Below are positions 48,170 through 58,885 of a DNA stretch of 64,000 nt, in pieces (position 1 is the stretch's first letter; each line of letters starts with the position of its first letter). A program made the translations under genes and the position numbers. Under the pieces are notes generated by a model, which worked only from the letters and a program-made list of their open reading frames with translations, ran no database searches and was not told the origin of the DNA. The DNA comes from Candidatus Woesearchaeota archaeon (GTDB lineage Archaea; Nanobdellota; Nanobdellia; SCGC-AAA011-G17; UBA489): assembly GCA_018655015.1 (NCBI GenBank), contig JABIKK010000013.1:44071-108070 (forward strand), given 5' to 3'.

Positions 48170-48769
48170 ATGGCAAAAACACCGAAAAAGATAAGGACTA
48201 ACAAAAGAATACTAAATCTAGGTGCGGAAGACATAAGGCATCATTCTAATAATGAAGAGTTCACAATAGATATTGCTCCTGCAGCAAAGCCCGATGTAGT
48301 ATGGGATTTAAGAAAAACTCCTTGGCCAATTGAAGATAATCAATTTGACATTGTATATGCAGAAAATATAATTGAGCACTTACCGGACACTTGTGCAGTA
48401 ATGCAAGAAATATGGAGAGTCTGTAAAGATGGAGCAAAAGTAAAAATCATAGTTCCCCATTACACCGGGTTTACGAGTTGGAGTTGCCCAGAACACTACA
48501 AAACATTCACCTCCATAACATTCGACTATTTCAACAAACAATTTGATGTAGTAAAAAAGAGATTAAAATATTCCCCACATGACAGACATCCTTTCCTTTG
48601 GAAAATACTCGACTGGTTAATTAACAGAAATTATATCATTTCGGATAGATTTGGTTCTTTAATTGGAGGAATTGCAGAAATAAGATTAACTCTAAGAGCA
48701 AAGAAAAAAGTAAACTTAGATGGTGATGAAGAGTACATTAGTAGAGGACATATAGAAGAAAAAGATTAA
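48170..48769 (+). CDS. Class I SAM methyltransferase (glycan-locus type)
   Basis: LNLGA, DL..PWP, IEHL, EIWRVCK, VPH. Confidence 0.85.
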   Translation: MAKTPKKIRTNKRILNLGAEDIRHHSNNEEFTIDIAPAAKPDVVWDLRKTPWPIEDNQFDIVYAENIIEHLPDTCAVMQEIWRVCKDGAKVKIIVPHYTGFTSWSCPEHYKTFTSITFDYFNKQFDVVKKRLKYSPHDRHPFLWKILDWLINRNYIISDRFGSLIGGIAEIRLTLRAKKKVNLDGDEEYISRGHIEEKD

Positions 48770-49386
48770 ACTTTCTCAGCTCTAACAACCAACACTTCTC
48801 CAAAAGAAGCCTTAATAAATTTAGGAGATAAAATGGCTTTGTTCTTAAGTAATAAACCACTACTTGATGCTTTTGTAACTTTAAAACCAACTTTTTCTAA
48901 CAAATCTCGCAATGTAAAAAGTGTAAAATCGTTTACGTGTTTTTGCATATCATACTTTTCCTTAAATGGATAATCTATGGGAAAACAAGCATGTCTTGGA
49001 ATTTTTCCAAACAAAGACCTTAGTCTATTCTTCAAAGATACCATATTTGGTGTTGATAAAATCAAAGCACCTCCAGGAGAAAGAATCCTATAACATTCTT
49101 CTAAGAATTTCCTAGCATTGAATAAGTGTTCTACAATCTCACCAGCAATTACAACATCAACTTCTCCATCTTTTAACGGAAGTTTACCTTCATTAAGATC
49201 GCAAACAAGATCAGGTTTAAGACTTGCCACACCATCCAAACTTATTGTCTTCTTTGTTTTAACTCTTGCAGAAACTGAAGTCTCACCGGCACCAATATCT
49301 AAAACAATTTTGTCATCTAAGTTACCCAATAGCCTAATCATTTCATCAAATCTTACAGAATCATACATATTAAAATTCTTAGACAT
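48766..49386 (-). CDS. Class I SAM methyltransferase
   Basis: VLDIGAG, EIVEHL, RILSPGG.LILSTPN. Confidence 0.9.
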   Translation of the reverse strand: MSKNFNMYDSVRFDEMIRLLGNLDDKIVLDIGAGETSVSARVKTKKTISLDGVASLKPDLVCDLNEGKLPLKDGEVDVVIAGEIVEHLFNARKFLEECYRILSPGGALILSTPNMVSLKNRLRSLFGKIPRHACFPIDYPFKEKYDMQKHVNDFTLFTLRDLLEKVGFKVTKASSSGLLLKNKAILSPKFIKASFGEVLVVRAEKV

Positions 49387-49424
49387 AACTAAAAAACCTC
49401 TAAATAGCTTATAAATTTATCTTA

Positions 49425-50459
49425 TCAGATACCTAACTGAGACCGGATTTTAGGCCCAATAAGCTTAATCAGTGGGAGGGGCAAGCAACGCCAAACTTTT
49501 CTAAAAACCTTAAGTTTGTCTCCCTTGGAAATCCCTCTTGTTTGTGACGGAAAAACAAAATTAATCCTCTCAAAAGGTTCACATAACCACTTATTCTTGA
49601 ATTTATACATACTCCATTCCCTACTACCATTTTTATGATCCATATCAACTTGTCCGGTATCAATTGTCTTCAATTTTTTCTTAATCCCATATTTAATGGT
49701 CTCCCAATACAACAAATCATTTGGCCTATACTTCCTAAATGAATTATTGGATACATTAACATAAACATTGCCCTTTCCACCACCATGTAAAAAAATCAAT
49801 GATCCTGCAAGTTTTTTATCCTTATAACAATTCAATCCAAAGAAACCCCCATTACATTTCTCAAAAAGATTCTTGAAAAAATCAAAAGAATGATTAGGCG
49901 TACCAAATCTCTTCATTTCTCTAACATACAACTTGAAAAAACTTTTTAACTCTTTTTCAGAATCAATCCTAACTAAATTCATTCCAGACTTCATTGCCAT
50001 TCTAACATCATTTCTTGTATGTTTATGGAATTTTTTCCACATCTCTTCTTCAGAAGATAATTTCAAAATAAACTGATGCTTCGCTTTCTCCTCAGAAAAT
50101 CCAATTTTCAACAAATCGTTCCTAACCTTTTCAAAATTCCCATCAGATTTATCAATCTTAACTTCAACACTATCCACAGAATCACTATTCAACTCATTTA
50201 TTAACAAGGATAAAATTTTAGAATCAAACTTCCCCGAAAAACCACCTACATCAAAAAATGGAACAGATATCATCCTATTCCCAAATAATTTACTCTTAAC
50301 TAAAACAAATGGAAAAACACTTTCAACTTTAGTTTTCACATCCCCATAATAATAAGGCTCACAATTCCCATAACTATCAGTAACTGCATCTCTAAATTCA
50401 ATAGTCTCTTGAATTCCCACATTCGTCAAACCTTCAGAATTCAACTTTTTAAGAGTCAT
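49425..50459 (-). CDS. FemAB-related GNAT acyl/aminoacyltransferase
   Basis: SKLFGNRMISVPF, RNDVR.A, FGTP, PNDLLYW, FK.KW. Confidence 0.85.
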   Translation of the reverse strand: MTLKKLNSEGLTNVGIQETIEFRDAVTDSYGNCEPYYYGDVKTKVESVFPFVLVKSKLFGNRMISVPFFDVGGFSGKFDSKILSLLINELNSDSVDSVEVKIDKSDGNFEKVRNDLLKIGFSEEKAKHQFILKLSSEEEMWKKFHKHTRNDVRMAMKSGMNLVRIDSEKELKSFFKLYVREMKRFGTPNHSFDFFKNLFEKCNGGFFGLNCYKDKKLAGSLIFLHGGGKGNVYVNVSNNSFRKYRPNDLLYWETIKYGIKKKLKTIDTGQVDMDHKNGSREWSMYKFKNKWLCEPFERINFVFPSQTRGISKGDKLKVFRKVWRCLPLPLIKLIGPKIRSQLGI

Positions 50460-51571
50460 TTCAAAGCCTCATTATAGACTTCTATTAATTGCTTGTTTCT
50501 AACTGGAATAGAAAGTGCCCCTTTTCTAACTTTGTCCAAACCGGCCTTAGCTAGCTTATTTCTAAATGCTTCATTTTTAACAAGTCTCTCCATTGCAAAA
50601 TGCATATCGACTATAAACTTTTCATTTGCATCTCCAACAAGCTTAGAAACTGGATATTCTTGAATAAAATTCTCTTTAAGACTATAACCAGGAATATCTA
50701 CAATCAGACCAGTTTTGCCATCTTCCACAAGTTCTGGAACGGCAAACAAATTCGTCCCAATTATTGGTAATCCTGCAACCATTGCATCCATCAAACCAAA
50801 ACCAAAACTATCACATAAAGTTGGATACAAAAAAATATCGCACTTAGCATGAACATTCTTTATCAAATCTTCACGAGAGATAATATTATTGGAATAATTA
50901 GTGTATTTAACATTCTTAGATGAATATTTCTTTTGTATCTCTTTTGGAACATCAGCCCGCATCCAAAGTTCAACATTATTAAACTTCTTCTCCAACCTAG
51001 AAAAAGCTTCAAGAACTTGAATCCCACCTTTCTGTTCAAACAAACTCAAAACACATAGAATTCTTATTTTCTCATGTTTCTCTGTTTTAGTAGGACTTAT
51101 GTGTGCAGAAGGATACAGCACTTTTAACTTATGTTTGAACTTCCTACAATCAAAATGTTTCAAAAATCCTTGTAACGTAGCATCACAATGGCATAATATC
51201 GCCTTACAATATTTAGATCCAAGTTTCCACTCAATAAATTTTTTAATTAATTTATTTTCGACAGCTTTAGAATGAAGTCCCATGAAAGAATAAAAATGTT
51301 CAACATCCATAACCCATGGTTTTCTATTTAAAGGAATTATACCTCTGGAAGTATGGATCAAGTCATAATCTCCTGGCTTAACCATTATAACTCTAGGAAG
51401 ATTAATTGCTTGAGAGAGAACATTAGCTAATTCTTTTAGTTTCTTATGTTTGTAATAAGTTCCTTTTTTAGTTTGTCCAGAAACACCCAAATACTCAACA
51501 CCTCTTGGTGGATAATTCACAATTTCTTGATATATTTGGTGCGCTCCAAAGATTTGTTTAATTTTTATCAT
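50456..51571 (-). CDS. GT4 glycosyltransferase
   Basis: KGG, DSFGFGLMDAMVAGLPI, PELVEDG.TG. Confidence 0.9.
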   Translation of the reverse strand: MIKIKQIFGAHQIYQEIVNYPPRGVEYLGVSGQTKKGTYYKHKKLKELANVLSQAINLPRVIMVKPGDYDLIHTSRGIIPLNRKPWVMDVEHFYSFMGLHSKAVENKLIKKFIEWKLGSKYCKAILCHCDATLQGFLKHFDCRKFKHKLKVLYPSAHISPTKTEKHEKIRILCVLSLFEQKGGIQVLEAFSRLEKKFNNVELWMRADVPKEIQKKYSSKNVKYTNYSNNIISREDLIKNVHAKCDIFLYPTLCDSFGFGLMDAMVAGLPIIGTNLFAVPELVEDGKTGLIVDIPGYSLKENFIQEYPVSKLVGDANEKFIVDMHFAMERLVKNEAFRNKLAKAGLDKVRKGALSIPVRNKQLIEVYNEALK

Positions 51572-51628
51572 TTCAAGACTCCCACGCTAAAATGTCCAAA
51601 CTCGGCAGTTTAAATGCTTTTTTAAGAG

Positions 51629-52477
51629 CTATTTTCTCTCCAAAAGAAGGTATTTCAAGGCCCTACCCTTAAAGATGTACTTCAAGCTATCCAAAGGTCT
51701 AAGATCGGTTTTAACAAAAGTGAATAATTTAATCAAACCTGTAAGTTTGAGAAAACCATGGAAAGGATACAATCTCAAAGGTAAGTCTTCTATGAGATAT
51801 TTAACAACAAAACCTTCTTTTTCGAAATAAGTCATTAAATCTGTAGATTTATCTCTTCCAAGAATGTCTGTGTGAAATTCTAATGAAATCTTCTTAACTT
51901 TAGATGGAATTTTTTTAAACAAAACTTCATACTCATGACCTTCTAAATCCATCCTAATAAAATTAGTTTTATATTTATCTACAAAGAATTTTAGAGTTTC
52001 ACTTTTAACAGGAATAGTATTCTTATTCTTAACATCAACAATCTTAGAGATGTTTAATTGTTCATTTTTTTCTAAATAGACTTTTCCTTTTTTTCCAACA
52101 GCCATATTCACAAATTCAACCTTTTTAGAAATTCCATACTCCTTAACATTCTTCTTCAAGATTGGAAGCGCGCAATCTAAAGGTTCTATTGAAAAAATCT
52201 TTTTAGCAGCACTAGATAAAATTGTAAAAAAACCAAGATTGGCACCAATATCCAACATAACATCAGAATTTTTAACAAATCCACAATGGAACTTATAGTT
52301 CAATGGCTCCCTAAAACCAAAAACCCTCAAATGTTTAGACAACCCAGAATCATCACTATGTAAATAAAATTTAAATTCCTTATTAACATCAATCTTCTTC
52401 AAATTAACAATAACAGGATTTCTTTTATTATTTCTTAGCTTACAAATAATCCAATACGGCCACCATGTAGGGTTCAT
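51629..52477 (-). CDS. FkbM-family methyltransferase
   Basis: LDIGANLG, IRMDLEGHEY, EFH. Confidence 0.9.
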   Translation of the reverse strand: MNPTWWPYWIICKLRNNKRNPVIVNLKKIDVNKEFKFYLHSDDSGLSKHLRVFGFREPLNYKFHCGFVKNSDVMLDIGANLGFFTILSSAAKKIFSIEPLDCALPILKKNVKEYGISKKVEFVNMAVGKKGKVYLEKNEQLNISKIVDVKNKNTIPVKSETLKFFVDKYKTNFIRMDLEGHEYEVLFKKIPSKVKKISLEFHTDILGRDKSTDLMTYFEKEGFVVKYLIEDLPLRLYPFHGFLKLTGLIKLFTFVKTDLRPLDSLKYIFKGRALKYLLLERK

Positions 52478-52478
52478 C

Positions 52479-53093
52479 TCAAAAAATCCTCCTAACTAAT
52501 CTAATTCCATGGACCACTAACCAATTATAAATTCCTTTGAGAGTCACCATTTTAATCATCAAACGGCTCCTTAATAACTTCAAACCATTAAAATCTCCAT
52601 TATACAACAAGGAAGAAACTTCTCCCCCAGTATCGCCCAATCGCGTTTTAAGCTCACTAAGAACTACTTTTTTGTCAGCAGTTTTAACTAATTTCTTTAT
52701 TTTCACTAAATGCTTTTCAGAGAAATGTCTTTTATCAATTACACAATGCAAAACAAGGTGAATTAATTCATCTTCCTCCGAAAGCGTATAAAAATAAGAT
52801 CTTTTTTTCCTCCGACTCAATAAATCTCTAGCAGAAGCATAAGGAAAACCTTGGTAAGGCATAACTTTAACCCTTAAATCAAGATAATATTCTCCCTTAA
52901 ATGTTAAGTAATAACCAAAGTCGGCTCTTTTCTTAAAACCTAGCTCTTTCAATAAATTTCTAACTTTACATTTATTCTCAACTAAAATATCTATATCGTT
53001 ACCATCATCAAAAGTAGAATAGCCCCTAAGAACTACATAGTTTATCTTTTCTTTAGAAAACATTTCGAAAACATTTTTTAGGACAGTTTTCAT
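52479..53093 (-). CDS. Nucleotidyltransferase-fold protein
   Basis: YVVLRG..DIDILV..YLD. Confidence 0.7.
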   Translation of the reverse strand: MKTVLKNVFEMFSKEKINYVVLRGYSTFDDGNDIDILVENKCKVRNLLKELGFKKRADFGYYLTFKGEYYLDLRVKVMPYQGFPYASARDLLSRRKKRSYFYTLSEEDELIHLVLHCVIDKRHFSEKHLVKIKKLVKTADKKVVLSELKTRLGDTGGEVSSLLYNGDFNGLKLLRSRLMIKMVTLKGIYNWLVVHGIRLVRRIF

Positions 53094-53094
53094 T

Positions 53095-53688
53095 TTACAC
53101 CTTCCCCAATATTTCGTTAACAACCGTTTTTAGACTTTTCTCATTATCAACAAATTCTAAATCAACATAATGGCCTAACTTTTTAGCTTGTTTATAAAAA
53201 TTATTTATGTTATCTGCATTAGCCTCTTGTTTTCTTTTAAGTATAACTTTACTAGAAGCATGAATTAAAAAACATTTTTGTGGCTTGGGTGTAATAAGTT
53301 TCAGAAGTTTAAAATTAGTATCGTTGGACAATATCAAACCATCATAAAAGTATCTATCATACAATAAGTAATCCGCACGTATAAACTTATTTTTAATAAA
53401 TCTAGTCCAGAACTCAAGATACTGGATTAATAACCAAGGAAGCTTCCTAGTTCTATAATTATTTCTATCAAATTCCTTTACTTCTTTATCTTTAGATTTC
53501 TTCGGCCTATGCTTAAACGATGAATACCAACTGCTAAAAGTCCTCATTAAAGGAAAGGCATAATCCCTTCCAAGGCCCATATAACGGACTTCACAAGTTT
53601 TGCCCCTCTTCTTAAGACCCTTACAAACTTCCCTTATCACAGTAGTTTTACCCGACCCATCAATCCCAATAAAAGCAATTGTTTTCAT
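53095..53688 (-). CDS. Thymidylate kinase-like P-loop kinase
   Basis: GIDGSGKTT, DRYFYD, RKQE; ATGA overlap with the wecB stop. Confidence 0.8.
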   Translation of the reverse strand: MKTIAFIGIDGSGKTTVIREVCKGLKKRGKTCEVRYMGLGRDYAFPLMRTFSSWYSSFKHRPKKSKDKEVKEFDRNNYRTRKLPWLLIQYLEFWTRFIKNKFIRADYLLYDRYFYDGLILSNDTNFKLLKLITPKPQKCFLIHASSKVILKRKQEANADNINNFYKQAKKLGHYVDLEFVDNEKSLKTVVNEILGKV

Positions 53689-54788
53689 TTTAACCACTTA
53701 ACAATCTCCTTGCTTACTCCACTTCCACCATAAGGATTCTTAAATTTCTTAACTTTAATACCTTTAGTGATTATTTCATCAATTAATGTTTTACTCTTTT
53801 CTACATCCAGTTTAGTTAAAAAATTCAAACCAGTTGTAAGGCCTTCCTGTCTTTCAGTAAATTCCCTCAACAATACGCAAGGTTTCTTGAAAACCAAGCT
53901 TTCTTCCTGAATAGAACCTCCATCCACAACAAGTATTTCACAGTGTTTCATCTGATAAGAAAAGTTAATGTAATCTAATGGATCAATTAGTTTAACAAAC
54001 TTATTCTTAACTAGTCGATCATAAAGTCCAAAATCAATAAGCTGTTTTTTTGTATTATCATGTAATGTAAAATAAGAGGGTATTTTCAAAGAACAAAGAA
54101 TTTCAACAATCTTAGACAACCTATCTTTATTCTTAATGTTTTCATGCCTATGTACAGATATTAACGCGAATTTTCCTTGGGATAACGGTTTAATCTTCGC
54201 TTTAACAGCAAGCTTACATGCAATATCAATAGAATCCACAACAGTATTACCTACGGTTATGATTTTTCCACCATGCCGCTCTTTTTCTAAATTTTTTCTA
54301 GATCTCTCAGAAACAGCCAATAAAATATCTGAAAACCTATCTGCAATTTTCCTTGAAATTTCTTCAGGAAATGGTTCCATCAATTTACCACTTCTCAGAC
54401 CAGCCTCTAAATGAACGTTCTTATATTTCTTAAAAGGATTCAATAACCTGGAAGAAGCAATAGCAATTGCAGCAGTAGTCATTGTATCCCCATGATAGAG
54501 TACATAATCCAGATTCTTAGTTCTTAACAACAACTTCCAAAGCTTAAAAATCACCCATCCATTCCAAAAAATAGCCCTTGGGACTTTAGTATAAAATTTA
54601 GTGCTTGCTTTAGGTTCTTTAGTTAAAATAACATCTGGCTTTTTGACAGAAAATTTATCACATAAGTCACCAAGACTATGCTGTCCAGTATGTACAAAAG
54701 TATAAGGAATCTTTTTCCTATCCAATTCAAGCATCACAGGAAAAGTTTTTATCAACTCTGCCCGAGTACCAATAACTATCAAAATCAT
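53685..54788 (-). CDS. wecB: UDP-N-acetylglucosamine 2-epimerase (non-hydrolysing type)
   Basis: GTRAE.IK, HTGQH, HGDT, HLEAGLRS, PFPEE, HRHEN, QEE, NPYG. Confidence 0.92.
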   Translation of the reverse strand: MILIVIGTRAELIKTFPVMLELDRKKIPYTFVHTGQHSLGDLCDKFSVKKPDVILTKEPKASTKFYTKVPRAIFWNGWVIFKLWKLLLRTKNLDYVLYHGDTMTTAAIAIASSRLLNPFKKYKNVHLEAGLRSGKLMEPFPEEISRKIADRFSDILLAVSERSRKNLEKERHGGKIITVGNTVVDSIDIACKLAVKAKIKPLSQGKFALISVHRHENIKNKDRLSKIVEILCSLKIPSYFTLHDNTKKQLIDFGLYDRLVKNKFVKLIDPLDYINFSYQMKHCEILVVDGGSIQEESLVFKKPCVLLREFTERQEGLTTGLNFLTKLDVEKSKTLIDEIITKGIKVKKFKNPYGGSGVSKEIVKWLK

Positions 54789-54828
54789 AGTTCTGACTAC
54801 CTTAAAAAGAGTTTAAATAGATTCCTGA

Positions 54829-57417
54829 TTATTCTTTCGCTAAATATTCTTCTTTAAGAACTATGTCTTCAGGATAGCTAACTTCCCATATCTTGAGGGG
54901 CCCTATTAGTCTTCCACCATATAATGCCAAAGGCCATGCATTTTCATCTGGATAGGCTAGCTTAAAGTAATCACTTTCTTTATCCATTAAAAATAAATTT
55001 GAAAACAAGGTTCTCCTAACCCTTTCGCTAATATACATCGCAGCTCCAAAAGGATCCTGTTGATTATCATTTACTATTTCTGGAATAATTCTCAAGCAAC
55101 CATTAAGACCTTCTTCACCTGGCCAATTGATTTCTTCACCATTAAAATAAATGCAATTAATAGGTACATCGAATTGCTTTCCATTATAAATAACTGCTGC
55201 AGATGGTTGCGAAAATGAAACTTGGTCTCCATCCCTTGCCATAGGCAATAAGAATGCACCGATACCTGCAGACCTTCCAGGTAAAACAGTATCTTGCCAT
55301 ATAAGATCCTCATCTAAAACAGACCCACCAGTATAAACTAACAATACATCATCCCTCCTCTCAACAGATTGTGATCCATCAAGAACAAATGTAGATATCC
55401 AACTATAACGATCATAATTTTCATCTGAGCCAATACTGGAATAAGCTGAGTACTTCCCAATTTCATCACTAATCATCAAAAGATGCGTAGTATTATGTGC
55501 ATATAAAAATTCTAAGGCCTCTAATTCACTCTGTCCAGTCAAAACATGTCGCCCCATTAAATAATCCCAATGACCCACAGGATGCCCTCCATCTGTTATG
55601 GTTGCTCTTTCACCACCTGTTTGAACCCAATAACCATAATCCCACCAGTGGGCAAATGTAGAATCCTTTGGCGTATCCTCTCTAACCCACTGCATACCGT
55701 ATTGCCATTGTTGACTGTAGCTAGGGCCCGAATGTGATGCTGCACCATAACTTGCCTTTGAAAAAGTTAACAAAGATCCATTAACAGGCAATATAATTAA
55801 AGATAATATAATTGCTACAAACACAATTTTATAAAAAATATTCTTAACTTTCAAAAAATGTTCATACAAACTATAAATAAAATAACCAGTCATTAGAGAA
55901 ATAATTGGACTAAATACAAACAAAAGCCTTATTGCACTTCTTGCAGCTACAATCATCACAATAAACCAAACAAAAACAAAAATGTATTTCTTTTCAATGT
56001 CTGATATCCTTTTAACAAGATCCAAATCTTTGTAATGCGCACGAATGTATAACACTGCAATAATTAATGCAAACACTATCAATGAACCAATATAAAATAC
56101 ACTAGAAATAAATGTGTCTCCATTAAAAATTGAACTAGCAGAATATCTACTAAATATAAATGCAACTAAAAACAAAGCATACATTGTAGTTAAGGCCTTT
56201 CTACCTTTCTTAACAGGCTCCATCATTTTAAAGAATAACATAATTGAACCAATGAAGAAAGCAAAGAAAAATAGTTTCCCCATTTCAGAGAACCATTCTA
56301 TAACATAGGGGACTCTTTGTTCAGCAACAGTTAATGCAACTCTACCGCCACTTAACGCACGTAAAAGACCATCTACAACTTGACTAAACTGACTAAACAG
56401 AAAGGAAGGACCATATAAGATTGTAGAAGTAAGCACGACTAAAATTATTGCAAGAACTAATTTCAATATAAAATCTGGCAAATGCCTAGGTACAAATCTT
56501 TTTATTTTATCCATTAAACTAAACTTTCCAGAAAGATATTCAACTATAAATAATACAAATACAAACACTGCAACTGCTGAGGTTATAGACCTCAAGAATC
56601 CAGTTAAAGCATACTTACTAGTTGAAACCAATACCAATAATGAAACAACTAACCAAGAAGAATAAGCTAAATAATCATTTCTCTTAAGCTTATGTAAGAA
56701 CCACTCGATTAAAGCAAACAGTCCGAATATAAGGAATATAAATTTAAATCCTCCCCAAGAAAAGGCCATCAATGCAGTTGAGATTCCGGTTAAACCACCA
56801 AACAACAAAGCTCTCTGCATAGTCTTAGCATCCCATGAAAAAGTAAACAAGTAGAATGTCAAAAACATAAAGAAGATACCTAATGCTTCTTTGTCAGAAA
56901 AACCTGCAGTTGTTCGATATAAAAATGAGGGTATGAATGAAAGGAATGCAGTCGAAATCATTGCAACATATTTGTTAAATAATTTCTTAACCAAAAAGAA
57001 AAATACAATCATGGACAATACAAAAAAGATTACAGGATACAAAACATTGGCAAGTTCATATGTTGCAGAACCACTAAAAATTGACATTATTTTATACAAC
57101 ATTGATGTAACAACGGGGATAATTTTAACACCTACATCAACAGGATTGCCAAATGGTGCAGCCCTCATAAAATCATGTGCCATGAAAGAACCAGTTTCAA
57201 CAAATTCTCTTCCATACCTCATAAACAGAAAAGGATCCAATGCCATAGGAATATACTTGCCCGTTGTAACATCTTTCAAAAACCCAAGATTTAAAGTCCT
57301 CATACGAGCTGCAAACCAAATTATCGCAGCAGTAATAACATAAACAATAGCAGTAGAATTCTTCTTCAAAAAATTCAAAACAGGAAAACCTCTCTCTTTT
57401 AGACCACTAAGCTTCAT
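54829..57417 (-). CDS. aglB: Oligosaccharyltransferase AglB (STT3)
   Basis: LDP, AGFSDKE, TVAEQ, WWDYG; many TMs. Confidence 0.96.
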   Translation of the reverse strand: MKLSGLKERGFPVLNFLKKNSTAIVYVITAAIIWFAARMRTLNLGFLKDVTTGKYIPMALDPFLFMRYGREFVETGSFMAHDFMRAAPFGNPVDVGVKIIPVVTSMLYKIMSIFSGSATYELANVLYPVIFFVLSMIVFFFLVKKLFNKYVAMISTAFLSFIPSFLYRTTAGFSDKEALGIFFMFLTFYLFTFSWDAKTMQRALLFGGLTGISTALMAFSWGGFKFIFLIFGLFALIEWFLHKLKRNDYLAYSSWLVVSLLVLVSTSKYALTGFLRSITSAVAVFVFVLFIVEYLSGKFSLMDKIKRFVPRHLPDFILKLVLAIILVVLTSTILYGPSFLFSQFSQVVDGLLRALSGGRVALTVAEQRVPYVIEWFSEMGKLFFFAFFIGSIMLFFKMMEPVKKGRKALTTMYALFLVAFIFSRYSASSIFNGDTFISSVFYIGSLIVFALIIAVLYIRAHYKDLDLVKRISDIEKKYIFVFVWFIVMIVAARSAIRLLFVFSPIISLMTGYFIYSLYEHFLKVKNIFYKIVFVAIILSLIILPVNGSLLTFSKASYGAASHSGPSYSQQWQYGMQWVREDTPKDSTFAHWWDYGYWVQTGGERATITDGGHPVGHWDYLMGRHVLTGQSELEALEFLYAHNTTHLLMISDEIGKYSAYSSIGSDENYDRYSWISTFVLDGSQSVERRDDVLLVYTGGSVLDEDLIWQDTVLPGRSAGIGAFLLPMARDGDQVSFSQPSAAVIYNGKQFDVPINCIYFNGEEINWPGEEGLNGCLRIIPEIVNDNQQDPFGAAMYISERVRRTLFSNLFLMDKESDYFKLAYPDENAWPLALYGGRLIGPLKIWEVSYPEDIVLKEEYLAKE

Positions 57418-57496
57418 GATATGTCAACCAAAATGCAATTTAAATAACTAACTGTTGCCAAATACCTTTAAAAACAAGGCAAGAAACCAGAAAAAC

Positions 57497-57865
57497 ATGA
57501 AAGACAAAACAATAGAAGGGTATTTCAAAGATATTACCATATCTGACGATCTAGAGAATGTAAAAGCTGAATATTCCACAGAAGAGTATTCCAACGATCC
57601 TAAGGGATATTTTCTAATAAAAGCCAATAAAGAAGAAGGAATAATCGAAGTAGGATACTGCTCTCCAGATAACATTCTTAAAAAAAGAATAACTGGAAAG
57701 AACCCAATTGAAATATTCTATACTTTAATCAGATTGGGCTTAATATCTAAACTTGAACATGCGGCAGACACAGGGTCAGAATTACAGAAGGCATACATCG
57801 CATTAAAAAACAATTTAGAATACACTCAAGACAAAGATCTCAATTTAAATAATCCAGATCAATAA
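57497..57865 (+). CDS. DUF4346-domain protein
   Basis: DPKGYFLI..LISKLEHAA..G.ELQKA..AL..YTQD. Confidence 0.82.
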   Translation: MKDKTIEGYFKDITISDDLENVKAEYSTEEYSNDPKGYFLIKANKEEGIIEVGYCSPDNILKKRITGKNPIEIFYTLIRLGLISKLEHAADTGSELQKAYIALKNNLEYTQDKDLNLNNPDQ

Positions 57866-58846
57866 AGAAAATACAACTTGCATTATAACTAAATAAGATA
57901 CGATTTGTTTCTCAGTATAGTTTCCAGTTTTAGTAAGTATGTGAGCTATTGAATAAACTTTTTCATGTTTAGACAAGATTTTACCATTAATCCAAATACC
58001 AAAAGAATCAGCAGAAAACTTACTTCTCCATTTCAAAAAGAACTCAACAAAGAATGGAATTGAAATAATCAACGCTGGAAATTCTAGTCCACCAACAATT
58101 GCAATTGTCGCCAAAGTTCCACCTAAAAAATAAGTTAAGGAATCACCAGGAAGTATTTTCGCTGGAATTTTATTAAAGAAAAAGAATATTAAAACTGCTA
58201 ATAATGCAACAAATGCAATTAATGAAGCAACAAAGCTTTGATGCACATAAGCATATGTTCCCAATGACAATAAATAAACAACACCCATACCTGCTTCAAG
58301 TCCGTTAAAGCCTGCAAGCATGTTTACCATATTGGCAGCACCAACAAAACCAACTGGAATCAATATCAAAGGATAAATCCAACCAACGGAGATATCTCCA
58401 AAGTAAGGAATAAAAAAGCTAACTTTATTACTCAACACAATCATCAAAGGCAAAGCCCCTAATAAAGTCAAAAGTGGTTTTTGCCACTGCCCAAGACCAA
58501 GTGATTTCTCACCAGAACCATGTATAAACGCATCATCAAAAAAGCCAATTAATGTAACCCAAACAATTGCAATTACTGAGGCCAATATTACAGATAGATC
58601 ATAACCTTCTAAAACACCAAATAATCCGCCATCATAAAATAAACTAACGCCTAGATACAAAAATAAACCAACTAAAAAACCAACTAAAACGGCCAGGCCA
58701 CCTGACAACGGAACGAGAGGTTTATCTTTTTTATTTTGATCCTTAACAATTAATCCAACTTTTCTTAAGAAAGATATCAACCAAACTAAAGAGTGATAAG
58801 TCACAAAGATAGTTACAATGCCTACCAATAAAAATAATAAATCCAT
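57845..58846 (-). CDS. UDP-GlcNAc:dolichyl-phosphate GlcNAc-1-P transferase (AglH/MraY-like)
   Basis: VPLSGG, GFFDD, ANMVNMLAGFNGLEAG, PAKILPGDS. Confidence 0.92.
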   Translation of the reverse strand: MDLLFLLVGIVTIFVTYHSLVWLISFLRKVGLIVKDQNKKDKPLVPLSGGLAVLVGFLVGLFLYLGVSLFYDGGLFGVLEGYDLSVILASVIAIVWVTLIGFFDDAFIHGSGEKSLGLGQWQKPLLTLLGALPLMIVLSNKVSFFIPYFGDISVGWIYPLILIPVGFVGAANMVNMLAGFNGLEAGMGVVYLLSLGTYAYVHQSFVASLIAFVALLAVLIFFFFNKIPAKILPGDSLTYFLGGTLATIAIVGGLEFPALIISIPFFVEFFLKWRSKFSADSFGIWINGKILSKHEKVYSIAHILTKTGNYTEKQIVSYLVIMQVVFSLLIWII

Positions 58847-58885
58847 ACAACGAACCTTCTATTCATCTTTTAAAAGAATTACTAT

